From: an uncultured Candidatus Saccharibacteria bacterium
Lineage (GTDB): Bacteria > Patescibacteriota > Minisyncoccia > Phycocordibacterales > UBA9988
Length of the DNA: 64,000 nucleotides
Direction of reading: 5' to 3'
NCBI GenBank assembly: GCA_964401135.1
Contig: CAYNXC010000001.1
Location: forward strand, 122,778 to 186,777
Both the position numbers and the translations under genes were made by a program. Positions 36,158 to 45,100 of the stretch are shown one piece after another (position 1 is the first letter of the stretch; each line of letters begins with the position of its first letter). The notes under the pieces are model-generated. The model saw only the letters and a program-made list of their open reading frames with translations. It was not told where the DNA came from and did no database searches.

Positions 36158-36655
36158 CTATGCGACTTTCTCCTCCGTCAACAGTTCCTCAATCCCCTTT
36201 GTAATCTCCGCCTCGTCTGCCTCCGTAAGTGAGCGCTTTTCAGCAGTATCCACAGGAGCACCGGCGCGAGCTGCCATCTGCGGTATACGGCGGATCGGAG
36301 CAGGATTCTCTTTACCTGCGATCATAATGAGAAAGCGGACCAGTGTCTCAACTTTTTCTAGTCTCGCCTTCACTGTGAGCACCTCCTCGGGTATGAGGGT
36401 AAATTTAATATATCCAAAGTATGCCTGCTGAAGCTGTTGCTTAACCCCTCCTACACGGTATGCAATGGGGTACGAGAGTGGGCGGAGTGCAGGGTACCCT
36501 TCACCGACAATGACACCCTTGGCCTTCTCGATTTCATCACGAATACGGGCAAGCTCTACTCCAATAGACTCTTCAGAGAGAGACGGGGTAAACAAAAAGC
36601 CGACCTCGTAGGTTGTGTGCTCGTCTGCTTGCGTATATGTTTCCGCTGTACTCAT
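36158..36655 (-). CDS. rpsF: 30S ribosomal protein S6
   Basis: YEVGFL, RPLSYPI and VRFLI in rpsF-ssb-rpsR synteny. Confidence 0.88.
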   Translation of the reverse strand: MSTAETYTQADEHTTYEVGFLFTPSLSEESIGVELARIRDEIEKAKGVIVGEGYPALRPLSYPIAYRVGGVKQQLQQAYFGYIKFTLIPEEVLTVKARLEKVETLVRFLIMIAGKENPAPIRRIPQMAARAGAPVDTAEKRSLTEADEAEITKGIEELLTEEKVA

Positions 36656-36676
36656 ACGGGCTACATACTAACAGAA

Positions 36677-37462
36677 CTAGTGAGCTATTGCAAACACTCG
36701 CCGTGCGTTGTATAGAAGCATCTCAGCGAGCTTCTCTGGAGCCTCACCGCGGATTTCGGCAAGTTTCTGCACCACCTCTCGCACATAGAGTGGCTCTCCG
36801 CGCTTACCACGGTAGGGCTCTGGGGCCACAAAAGGGGCATCCGTCTCGGCAAAGAGCATATTCTCCGGCACCCGAGTGATGATCTCATCATACTGCCGGG
36901 CAAAGGTGATGACACCGGTAAACGAGAGGCTGATGCCCCGTGTGAGGTAGGCCTGTGCAGTGGCCCGATCTCCTGCAAAAAAGTGTGCATGCGCTCGCAC
37001 CTCTGGGTGTGCGTTTAACATCTCTAAGGTATCTGCGTAGGCCTGTTCTGGAGCTGCTGCGGTGGAACGGATGTGGAGCATCAAGGGCTTCCCCACACGC
37101 TTGGCAAGTGCAATGTGTGCCTCAAACAGTCTTTTTTGCTCTGCCTTCTCGTCATCATCCTTCATATAGTAGTAGTCTAAACCACACTCACCAATGGCAA
37201 TCACTTTCTGGTGCTCTGCAAGTGCGAGAAATTCTTTTTCATCAAAACCTTGTTCCCAATCGGTTGGATGCACTCCTACCGTTGCGTAGAGGTGCTCATC
37301 CGCTTCTGCAAGTGCGAGCACCTCTCTACTTGTCGCGAGACTGGTGCCAACATTATTAACCAGCACCCCTTCTTCTTTACAGCGAGCAATCACCTCTTCC
37401 CTATCCACATCAAAGTCCTTAAAGTTGATGTGCGCGTGGATATCAAAATACTTCACCTCCAT
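36677..37462 (-). CDS. tatD: TatD family hydrolase
   Basis: DIHAH, GVHP, IGECGLDY and ETDAPF. Confidence 0.94.
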   Translation of the reverse strand: MEVKYFDIHAHINFKDFDVDREEVIARCKEEGVLVNNVGTSLATSREVLALAEADEHLYATVGVHPTDWEQGFDEKEFLALAEHQKVIAIGECGLDYYYMKDDDEKAEQKRLFEAHIALAKRVGKPLMLHIRSTAAAPEQAYADTLEMLNAHPEVRAHAHFFAGDRATAQAYLTRGISLSFTGVITFARQYDEIITRVPENMLFAETDAPFVAPEPYRGKRGEPLYVREVVQKLAEIRGEAPEKLAEMLLYNARRVFAIAH

Positions 37463-37465
37463 ACA

Positions 37466-38893
37466 CTATTTCCTCACAAAGAGTGGGGTGAGGGAGCGGT
37501 TTTCTTTGGTGGCTCTCTGTAGTGCTTCTGCGGTTGCCGGCATAAAGGGAGTGAGAAGGTACGCAATATATGCAAGTGACTGCACTAACTCGGCAATGAC
37601 TTCTTTTGCCGCCTCCGCATCCGTCTTCACCAGTTTAAAAGGTTCCGTCTCCGAAATGCGCGCATCTACCTCTCCTACCAGTTCCCAAATCACCTGCATT
37701 GCATCACTGTAACGGTAGGAATCCATCGCATCTATGTACTCTCTTGGAACTTGATCCTTAGTACTTGGAACTTGATCCTTAGTACTTGGAACTTGATACA
37801 TCTCTGCCATTTTCATAATGCGCGACGCGAGGTTACCTAGCCCATTCGCCAAGTTCCCGTTGTAACTTTCTGTAAATTTTTCCAGAGTAAAGTCCGAGTC
37901 CTCGAAAGGGCTCACCTCACGCAAGAGGTAGTAACGCAAGGCGTCAGTGCCGTACTCATCCACAATCGCGATGGGGTCAATCACATTTCCCAGACTCTTA
38001 CTCATCTTTGCACCGCCAGAGGTCATAAAGCCGTGTATCACAATCTGCTGTGATGGAGGGAGTCCTGCCGAGAGGAGCATCGCTTGCCACATTGCCGCCT
38101 GCTGGCGTGTATTATCTTTCCCCGCAAACTGGACGACTGGCCACCACTTTTCAAACTCCTCCATCCGTTCAGGCCAGCCAATAGTAGAGACATAATTTAC
38201 CAGCGCATCAAACCACACATACATCACCTGTTCAGGATCTTCGGGGACTGCTATCCCCCACGGCATCTTCTCCTTTACACGCGAGATAGAAAAATCTTGC
38301 AAGCCCTGCGATACAAAGCTCTTCACCTCATTCCTACGCGTCTCGGGTACTACAAATTGATCATTACCGTACAGTGCAAGCAGGGCATCTTGATACTTTG
38401 AAAATCTAAAGAAGTAATTCTCCTCGTCGATGAGCTCTAATTCTAAGTTTGGATGGATGGGGCACTTCCCCTCCTCCAGCTCTGAATCTGTCTTCTCCAA
38501 TTCACAGCCGACGCAGTAGCGTACCTGATACTTCTTCTTATAAATATCACCGTTTGCGTAGCAACGCTTCCAAAATTCCTGTGCAGCTATTACATGCGCT
38601 GGGTCACTCGTGCGAATAAAATTAGTGTATGAGAGATTCAACTTCTCTTTGAGTACAGCAAAGTGTGTCACAGCCTCATCAACATAGACTTGCGGATCTC
38701 TCCCCTCCTCTTGCGCCTTCTTCCAAATTTTCTGTCCATGCTCGTCAGTCCCTGTATTAAAGAGTACCTCACGCCCCAAGAGGCGCGAAAAGCGCGCGTA
38801 AGTATCTGCTTGCACTATCTCAAGCGCAAATCCGATGTGTGGATCTGCGTTGACATAGGGCAGTGTCGTAGTAATGTAGGTGCGTTCACTCAT
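37466..38893 (-). CDS. metG: methionine--tRNA ligase
   Basis: YVNADPHIG, GTDEHGQK, YVWFDAL and KMSKSLGN. Confidence 0.96.
   Translation of the reverse strand: MSERTYITTTLPYVNADPHIGFALEIVQADTYARFSRLLGREVLFNTGTDEHGQKIWKKAQEEGRDPQVYVDEAVTHFAVLKEKLNLSYTNFIRTSDPAHVIAAQEFWKRCYANGDIYKKKYQVRYCVGCELEKTDSELEEGKCPIHPNLELELIDEENYFFRFSKYQDALLALYGNDQFVVPETRRNEVKSFVSQGLQDFSISRVKEKMPWGIAVPEDPEQVMYVWFDALVNYVSTIGWPERMEEFEKWWPVVQFAGKDNTRQQAAMWQAMLLSAGLPPSQQIVIHGFMTSGGAKMSKSLGNVIDPIAIVDEYGTDALRYYLLREVSPFEDSDFTLEKFTESYNGNLANGLGNLASRIMKMAEMYQVPSTKDQVPSTKDQVPREYIDAMDSYRYSDAMQVIWELVGEVDARISETEPFKLVKTDAEAAKEVIAELVQSLAYIAYLLTPFMPATAEALQRATKENRSLTPLFVRK
37743..37797. repeat. in-frame 21-nt tandem repeat (3 x 7-mer) inside metG
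   Basis: cttggaacttgatccttagta present about 2.6 times, encoding QVPSTKDQVPSTKDQVP. Confidence 0.9.
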
Positions 38894-39957
38894 CCAGCTA
38901 TATTCTTTTCAGCGAATACATGCTTCTTCTTCTCCCAGTCAGAGACTAGCTCCATAAAGATCGCCGCAACCGGTACCGCAATGAGGATACCGAGAAAGCC
39001 GGCCAGCTTCGCGCCAATAATCATTGAGATAATCACCATGAGCGCCGGTACCCCCACCATCTTCTTAACCACGAGTGGGTAGAGTAAATGATTTTCAAAC
39101 TGCTGTATAATCACAAAGAAGCCAAGCACAAGAAGCCCTGTGACGAGTCCATCATTTAATCCAAGAAGTACCGCCGGTGTAGCAGAGAGTGTCGGCCCTA
39201 CATAGGGGATGAGCTCAAAGATGCCCGCAAGAATAGCAAGGAGAAGCGCGTATCTAATCCCGAGAAGCGCGAGCCCCAGGTACACAAAGATACCGATGAA
39301 AATACCAAGAAAGATCTGCCCCTGCATCCACAAGCCAATTTTTCTCTGTGAGCGCTTCCACACATCTATCACATAGCGCTCATGTTTGACTGGAGTTATC
39401 ACACGTAGCACATTCTCTACACCGTCCTCTTGTACTGCTAGGTAGAACGAAATCACCACGATGAGCACAAAAGAGAAGATACCTCCAAAGATGATGCTCG
39501 CGGCGCCAAGTGCGCCGCTCGTCGCACCAGAGAGAGACGAGCGCAGAATATCTATCGCATCGTTCACCGTGAGATCCCCCGCAAGATTGACGGCGAGCGA
39601 TCCAAGCGGAGAGACAGACTCGCCCCACGCGGTCAATGATTGGAGACGCTCTGGGATTGTAGACATGATGTCACTAAAGTCCGCAAGTAGTGTTGGGAGG
39701 AGGGAGTACACTAGGCCAAGAATACAGACGAAGGTGGCAACATAAATCATCAAAACAGCAAGCGTCCGCGCAATACCGCGCTTGGTGAGCCATATCACCA
39801 TCGGCTCAATCGCAGACGCTAGCACGACTGAAGACAGGATGACGAGTAATAGTTCTCGGACAATGTAGAGTGCCCAGAGCACCATCAGAGTCGCGGCAAC
39901 TTTGATTACCATCCCAACCGAGACAGTGATATGCATATCACGAGGAGAGACTGCCAT
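38890..39957 (-). CDS. AI-2E family transporter
   Basis: LIPYVGP, QQFENHLLYP and GILIAVP. Confidence 0.92.
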   Translation of the reverse strand: MAVSPRDMHITVSVGMVIKVAATLMVLWALYIVRELLLVILSSVVLASAIEPMVIWLTKRGIARTLAVLMIYVATFVCILGLVYSLLPTLLADFSDIMSTIPERLQSLTAWGESVSPLGSLAVNLAGDLTVNDAIDILRSSLSGATSGALGAASIIFGGIFSFVLIVVISFYLAVQEDGVENVLRVITPVKHERYVIDVWKRSQRKIGLWMQGQIFLGIFIGIFVYLGLALLGIRYALLLAILAGIFELIPYVGPTLSATPAVLLGLNDGLVTGLLVLGFFVIIQQFENHLLYPLVVKKMVGVPALMVIISMIIGAKLAGFLGILIAVPVAAIFMELVSDWEKKKHVFAEKNIAG

Positions 39958-39969
39958 AGTGTTAGTGTA

Positions 39970-41238
39970 CTACACCTTCATAAGTGGGACAAACGGTGCA
40001 TCATTCTCGTGCGGACCAATGACGGCAAGGTTCATATGCTTGGTAACAAAAATATCTTGAGCAACTGCGCGCAGATCCGCGGCATTCACCCGCTTAATCG
40101 CACGAATATACTCTTCAGGACTTACCGAAGAATCTTTTACCACTTCCTGTAAGCCATAAAAATCAGCAATATCATCGGAGCGCTCTAAACCAAGCCGGAA
40201 GCGTCCGATGACTGAGTCCTTACTGCGCTTCAATTCCTCCTTCCCCACATCGCTCCGCTTCAACTTGGTCACCTCTTTGATGATCTCAGTGAGTACTTCT
40301 GTAATCCGGGAAGTATCCAGACCTGCAGTGATTTCAAAAATACCGTGATCGGTCAAAGACTCGTGATCGGCACGCACATAGTACGCGGCACCGAGTCTCT
40401 CTCGCACCGTTTGCCAGAGTCGCGAGCTCATGGTTCCGCCCAAGATACTTGCCAAGACGGTTGCCGTGTAAGCACGCTTGTCATACGCCGAGTAAGCACG
40501 AAACGCAATCACAATGTGTGACTGATCTGAAGCCTTAGTGCGCACAGACACTCGCGGTTTTGATTGGCGGTCATCCACGGGGAGCTTCTCCCCTTTCACC
40601 CCGCCACTTAAGCGAGAAAAGAGTCTCTCTACATCACGACGGATGTCTGATTCTTTGAACGCCCCAGAGACGAGCACGATGGTTGACTGTGGCAAGTAGT
40701 GCTTAGCACGGTACTGCAAAAAATCTTCTCGCTTCACCGCGCGGATAATTTCTTTTGTTCCCAAGATGCTCCGTCCCACCGGCTGTGCACCAAAGAGGAG
40801 TGTCATCATATCATCTTGCACTTTACGATTAGGAAGATCCTCATACATATTCATCTCCTCGATAATCACACCCTTCTCTCGCTCAATTTCCTCCAGATTA
40901 AAGATTGGATTGAGGTAGAGATCAGAGACAATCTCCAGTGCTTTTTTTACATTTGTTGGCGCCACCTTTGCGTAGTAGCCGGTAAACTCGTAACTGGTAA
41001 AGGCATTGTACTGTGCGCCAAGGGCATCCAGCTCGGCAGAGATTTGCATCGACTTAGGACGCTTCTTTGTTCCCTTAAAGCACATGTGCTCCAAGAAATG
41101 TGAGATGCCGTTCTCCTCCTCATTCTCATACTTGGATCCTGCCTTCACCAAGACCATCACGGTCACACTCTCCGCACCGCGACGAGGCACCGTAATGAGC
41201 CGAAGGCCGTTTTTAAGCACATGTTTTGTATACGCCAT
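39970..41238 (-). CDS. M16 family (insulinase-like) peptidase
   Basis: GISHFLEHMCFKGT (HxxEH) and NAFTS. Confidence 0.94.
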   Translation of the reverse strand: MAYTKHVLKNGLRLITVPRRGAESVTVMVLVKAGSKYENEEENGISHFLEHMCFKGTKKRPKSMQISAELDALGAQYNAFTSYEFTGYYAKVAPTNVKKALEIVSDLYLNPIFNLEEIEREKGVIIEEMNMYEDLPNRKVQDDMMTLLFGAQPVGRSILGTKEIIRAVKREDFLQYRAKHYLPQSTIVLVSGAFKESDIRRDVERLFSRLSGGVKGEKLPVDDRQSKPRVSVRTKASDQSHIVIAFRAYSAYDKRAYTATVLASILGGTMSSRLWQTVRERLGAAYYVRADHESLTDHGIFEITAGLDTSRITEVLTEIIKEVTKLKRSDVGKEELKRSKDSVIGRFRLGLERSDDIADFYGLQEVVKDSSVSPEEYIRAIKRVNAADLRAVAQDIFVTKHMNLAVIGPHENDAPFVPLMKV

Positions 41239-41269
41239 AGCGCTTGGTTGTACCACAAAAAGACAGATT

Positions 41270-42574
41270 TTACAATGCTGCCGCTACCCAACTAGGGAGC
41301 TCGGTTTCAGGGATACGCTCCTGCGTACCATCATCACGATTTCGTAAAGTGACGGTTCCGTCGGTAAGTGTGTCAAAGTCTACGGTGACACACCACGGGG
41401 TACCAATTTCGTCTTGCCGACGGTAGCGCTTCCCGATGTTGCCGTTGTCGTCAAAAACGACACCCGAGATGCCTCGCTTTAGGGTTTGGAAGAGTTCCCG
41501 CGCACGAGTAACCAACTCTGGCTTATTTTTAAGGAGTGGGAAGACCGCCACGCGGATAGGTGCCATGGAGGGTACCAGACGTAGAAATACTCGTTTCTCT
41601 CCGCCTAGTTCATCTTCAGCATAGGCACTGGTGAGTAAGGCAAGTGCAGTTCGGTCAAGACCAAGCGATGGCTCTATCACATTGGGGAGGAAACGCTCAC
41701 CACTCTGCTCATCTAAGTACGAGAGATCCACACCCGAGCGCTCGGTATGCCGAGAGAGATCGTAGTCACCACGGTAGGCAAGACCATAAAGTTCTTTGCG
41801 TCCAAAAGGAAAATCAAATTCAAAATCAATGGTGCGTTTGGAGTAGTGAGCTCGATCACCCTCCCCCACTTCTACCTCATGAAAGAGTGCGTCAGGAAGT
41901 CCAATGCGCTCTTTCCACTCATGCATCCGCGCTCGCCATGCTTCAAAATGCTCTTCCCACTCACTTGGACGCACAAAGTATTCCAATTCCATCTGTTCAA
42001 ACTCACGCGAACGGAAGAGGAAGTCCCGTGGAGTAATCTCATTCCTAAAAGCCTTGCCAATCTGAGCAATACCAAATGGGAGTTTGGGGTGATAAGCATC
42101 TACCGTATTTTTAAAGTTTACGAAGATTCCTTGCGCCGTTTCTGGACGGAGATATGAGACGGAGGAGCTCTCCTCTGCTGCACCCACGCGCGTCTCAAAC
42201 ATCATATTAAATTGCCGTGGCTCACTCACTGTCCCGCCACACTCGGGACACTCGATAAGTGGAGTATCTACGCGGAAGCGTCGCCTGCACTTGGCACACT
42301 CTACGAGCGGGTCAGTAAATCCTTCCACATGTCCAGACGCTTTCCATACTTCCGCATTCATAATAAGCGCGGCATCCACCATGAGTACATCATCGCGCTC
42401 GTATACAAAGGCCCTCATCCATTCCGCCCTAATACGCTCTTTTAGAAGTACCCCGAGGTGCCCCCAGTCCCAAGTGCCAGATAGGCCTCCGTAAATCTCT
42501 GAACCAGGAAAGATAAAACCGCGCCGTTTGGCGAGCGAGACGATGGCACTCATTCTGTCGATATCAGTACTCAT
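41270..42574 (-). CDS. glyS: glycine--tRNA ligase (homodimeric alpha2 type)
   Basis: SEIYGG, YLRPETAQGIF, GKAFRNEITP and IGKRYRRQDEIGTP. Confidence 0.95.
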   Translation of the reverse strand: MSTDIDRMSAIVSLAKRRGFIFPGSEIYGGLSGTWDWGHLGVLLKERIRAEWMRAFVYERDDVLMVDAALIMNAEVWKASGHVEGFTDPLVECAKCRRRFRVDTPLIECPECGGTVSEPRQFNMMFETRVGAAEESSSVSYLRPETAQGIFVNFKNTVDAYHPKLPFGIAQIGKAFRNEITPRDFLFRSREFEQMELEYFVRPSEWEEHFEAWRARMHEWKERIGLPDALFHEVEVGEGDRAHYSKRTIDFEFDFPFGRKELYGLAYRGDYDLSRHTERSGVDLSYLDEQSGERFLPNVIEPSLGLDRTALALLTSAYAEDELGGEKRVFLRLVPSMAPIRVAVFPLLKNKPELVTRARELFQTLKRGISGVVFDDNGNIGKRYRRQDEIGTPWCVTVDFDTLTDGTVTLRNRDDGTQERIPETELPSWVAAAL

Positions 42575-44487
42575 TGGATTACTTGGTCACTCCCACTTCG
42601 GAACACAGGATCTTTTACAATACGCGTAGTGATAGCGGGCTTCTCTGTTGTCACCGTCTTTTCTGTAAATGTATCAGTGCCCTTAAAAAGGGACTGTAAC
42701 ACAAGGGTCGGCGTCTCTCCAACTTGAGAGAGACTAGGGTTAATACCAACTTGGAATGAGGCGGTCCTCGGAGCAGTACCCCCTACTCCCACTCCCGACT
42801 TGAGGTATTGGAGATCCCAGGTAACGGTATGGGTAGATTCGTTATAGATTACCGACTCATTCACCGGTGAGGTAACCCCCTTCCATACAACATACACAGG
42901 GAGCACTGCCTCCACCGTGGCACTCGTAACATTATTTGAAGGGTTCACCAATGCCCAGGTGATGGTATATGTCGTCTCTGATCCGAGCTTTGGCGGTATG
43001 GGACCGCTATTTTTAATGGGCCCAATAGAGTAGTAACCATCAGCAGAGAAGCTGACCTGTGTTGCAAACTTCACCGAGCGAGCAATCACTGATGAAATAT
43101 TTTGTTGAGAGAATCCTTCTGCGGTGCGAGTGCCGGCAAAAGATATACTCAATTCTGCACTCGGATTGAGGGCTGCGCTGCTACGCGTTAATGCTTTCGG
43201 TTTAAAGGTAAATTGCACATTCCCATTTCCGCCTGCCTCGATACTCCCTAATCGTTCAACAACCCGCTTGTCCCAAGTAATAGTATTGTCACGAGAATTG
43301 TAGTAGCCATCATTCCCTACAGTTACTGAGCTAGGATCTACATTCCCCGAGAGTTCAAGGACAAGCACCCCCGAAGAAATGGTGGAATCAGTGCTGTTCT
43401 TCCATGAGATGACGCCTCTCACTTCTTTATCAGCAGGAGCGATTACCGACTTAGCGGTATTCCCGTTCAGTGTGGATGAGAGTGTAAGGTATGGCTCGGC
43501 AACAGAGACCGCGCCAAAGGCAGTGTTGTACACAATAGAGAGTGATCCCGCATCTTCACTGTCCTCGGTGCCTACCGTCGCACTGATTCCCTCTGACTCA
43601 TTACTATCACTTTGTGGGGTTCCCACAATGGTAACTGTCCGCTCTGCTCCGGAGGAGAGGTCGCCCAGCCTCCAGAAAGATGCTCCTTGCGATGGGTCTG
43701 GGTCAGTACTCTTTACCACAAATCCATAGGGAAAATCGACGCGTACCGCAACATTTTTCAGCGTCGTCTTTGCGTTTGAAACAATGCGCACCGTTGCGGT
43801 GATTTCTTGATCAGCATTAATCTCCTTTGGCATCTCTACGTACACATCAACCGGTGCGGCAGAGAGTGTGACAGAGTAAGATTCACTGCGAGAGAAGAGT
43901 GACATTGATTCTGGGAGGTTGTATTCCAATCCTGCAGCTATCTCCGGCTTGGAATCAGCAGAGCCGTAGAGGATTGCCTTGATAGTACGATTAACCACCT
44001 CGCCAGATTTGATTTCTCCTAAGGGAATGCGCTCACGAGTGAGTGTCTTTGCTGGATCCGCCGCATCTCGCGTACCATTTGGGTATTCAATAATGAGTGT
44101 GCTATTCAGTAACGGCTTACTGTCTTTATTGGTAATAGTCACTGTAAAGGTTGAAAGTTCCCCGCCAGCAACCGAGGTAGGACCTTGGATCACCATATCA
44201 ACATTTGTATCACTCACCCCAAGCTTAAAGTAGAGCACAGCGCCTGCGATGGCCACGCAGAGAGAGAAGAAAAGAAGCGAACCAAAGAGGAGTTTAGAGA
44301 TGAGGGACATTGGCTTTTCCACACTAGATGACATTGTGTGTAGTGTATTAGGAGTACTAGCTTCCCATTCTCTTTTTTCTTTTATATCAAGACTCCTCAG
44401 CTCACTTCTACCGCGTTCCGCACCACCCTTCCAGTCGCGGTCATAGAGCTTCTTTTTGAGCACCTCAAGGCTATCTTCGCGCGCCAT
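42571..44487 (-). CDS. membrane-anchored beta-sandwich (DUF11/Ig-like) surface protein
   Basis: Single TM then Ser/Thr/Val-rich beta repeats, with GPIPPKLGSETTYTITW. Start at ATG 44487. Confidence 0.7.
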   Translation of the reverse strand: MAREDSLEVLKKKLYDRDWKGGAERGRSELRSLDIKEKREWEASTPNTLHTMSSSVEKPMSLISKLLFGSLLFFSLCVAIAGAVLYFKLGVSDTNVDMVIQGPTSVAGGELSTFTVTITNKDSKPLLNSTLIIEYPNGTRDAADPAKTLTRERIPLGEIKSGEVVNRTIKAILYGSADSKPEIAAGLEYNLPESMSLFSRSESYSVTLSAAPVDVYVEMPKEINADQEITATVRIVSNAKTTLKNVAVRVDFPYGFVVKSTDPDPSQGASFWRLGDLSSGAERTVTIVGTPQSDSNESEGISATVGTEDSEDAGSLSIVYNTAFGAVSVAEPYLTLSSTLNGNTAKSVIAPADKEVRGVISWKNSTDSTISSGVLVLELSGNVDPSSVTVGNDGYYNSRDNTITWDKRVVERLGSIEAGGNGNVQFTFKPKALTRSSAALNPSAELSISFAGTRTAEGFSQQNISSVIARSVKFATQVSFSADGYYSIGPIKNSGPIPPKLGSETTYTITWALVNPSNNVTSATVEAVLPVYVVWKGVTSPVNESVIYNESTHTVTWDLQYLKSGVGVGGTAPRTASFQVGINPSLSQVGETPTLVLQSLFKGTDTFTEKTVTTEKPAITTRIVKDPVFRSGSDQVIQ

Positions 44488-44491
44488 CTGT

Positions 44492-45100
44492 TTAGTATAG
44501 CACAGCAGTTTCTGCGACCTGTGCACGAGTAAGTGTCTCTTCTGCAAGCGAAAACCCTCTCGGAGAGACGGGCTCAAACTCACGAAGGAGTGAATCAGAG
44601 AGTGTATGCGGGGTAATAAAACGCACTAGTGAGGCACACTCCTCCAAGAAACCTGCACGAGCGAGCATTCGTAAGAGCGTCAGGAGTTCAGCGTGCGGGG
44701 CAAGTGTCCGTCGAGAGACATCGTCTACACTTAAGTACTCAACCAAGGAGAAGAGGTCATGAAAGAGATCAGTGTGTGGGTCATCGGGGAGCGTGAGCTC
44801 ATAGGCAAGAGAGCAGAGTCGTGCCGTGATAGCGCGTGAATGCGCCAAACGCGTATGAGCGCGTGAAAGTGTCTCCGCGCCGGTCACTCGCCAAATCGCC
44901 TTCCCCCGCACCAGAGAGAGCCGTGTGAGTGTGTAGTCTTGCAAGTGGTAGCGAAGTTTCGACTTGAGCACGCGCACACTCTGCGCGTGTGCAGTGAGCA
45001 CCCCCAGATCCTCTGTCAAAAGATGTAGTATCTTATGTCCCTCCCCTTCTACCCGCGACTTAAGTATGAGCGCACGGGTTGTATGAATGTGGTAAGCCAT
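44492..45100 (-). CDS. recO: DNA repair protein RecO
   Basis: TRALILKSR..GE..K....LTEDLG and SKLR, matching the RecO N-terminal OB fold. Confidence 0.82.
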   Translation of the reverse strand: MAYHIHTTRALILKSRVEGEGHKILHLLTEDLGVLTAHAQSVRVLKSKLRYHLQDYTLTRLSLVRGKAIWRVTGAETLSRAHTRLAHSRAITARLCSLAYELTLPDDPHTDLFHDLFSLVEYLSVDDVSRRTLAPHAELLTLLRMLARAGFLEECASLVRFITPHTLSDSLLREFEPVSPRGFSLAEETLTRAQVAETAVLY

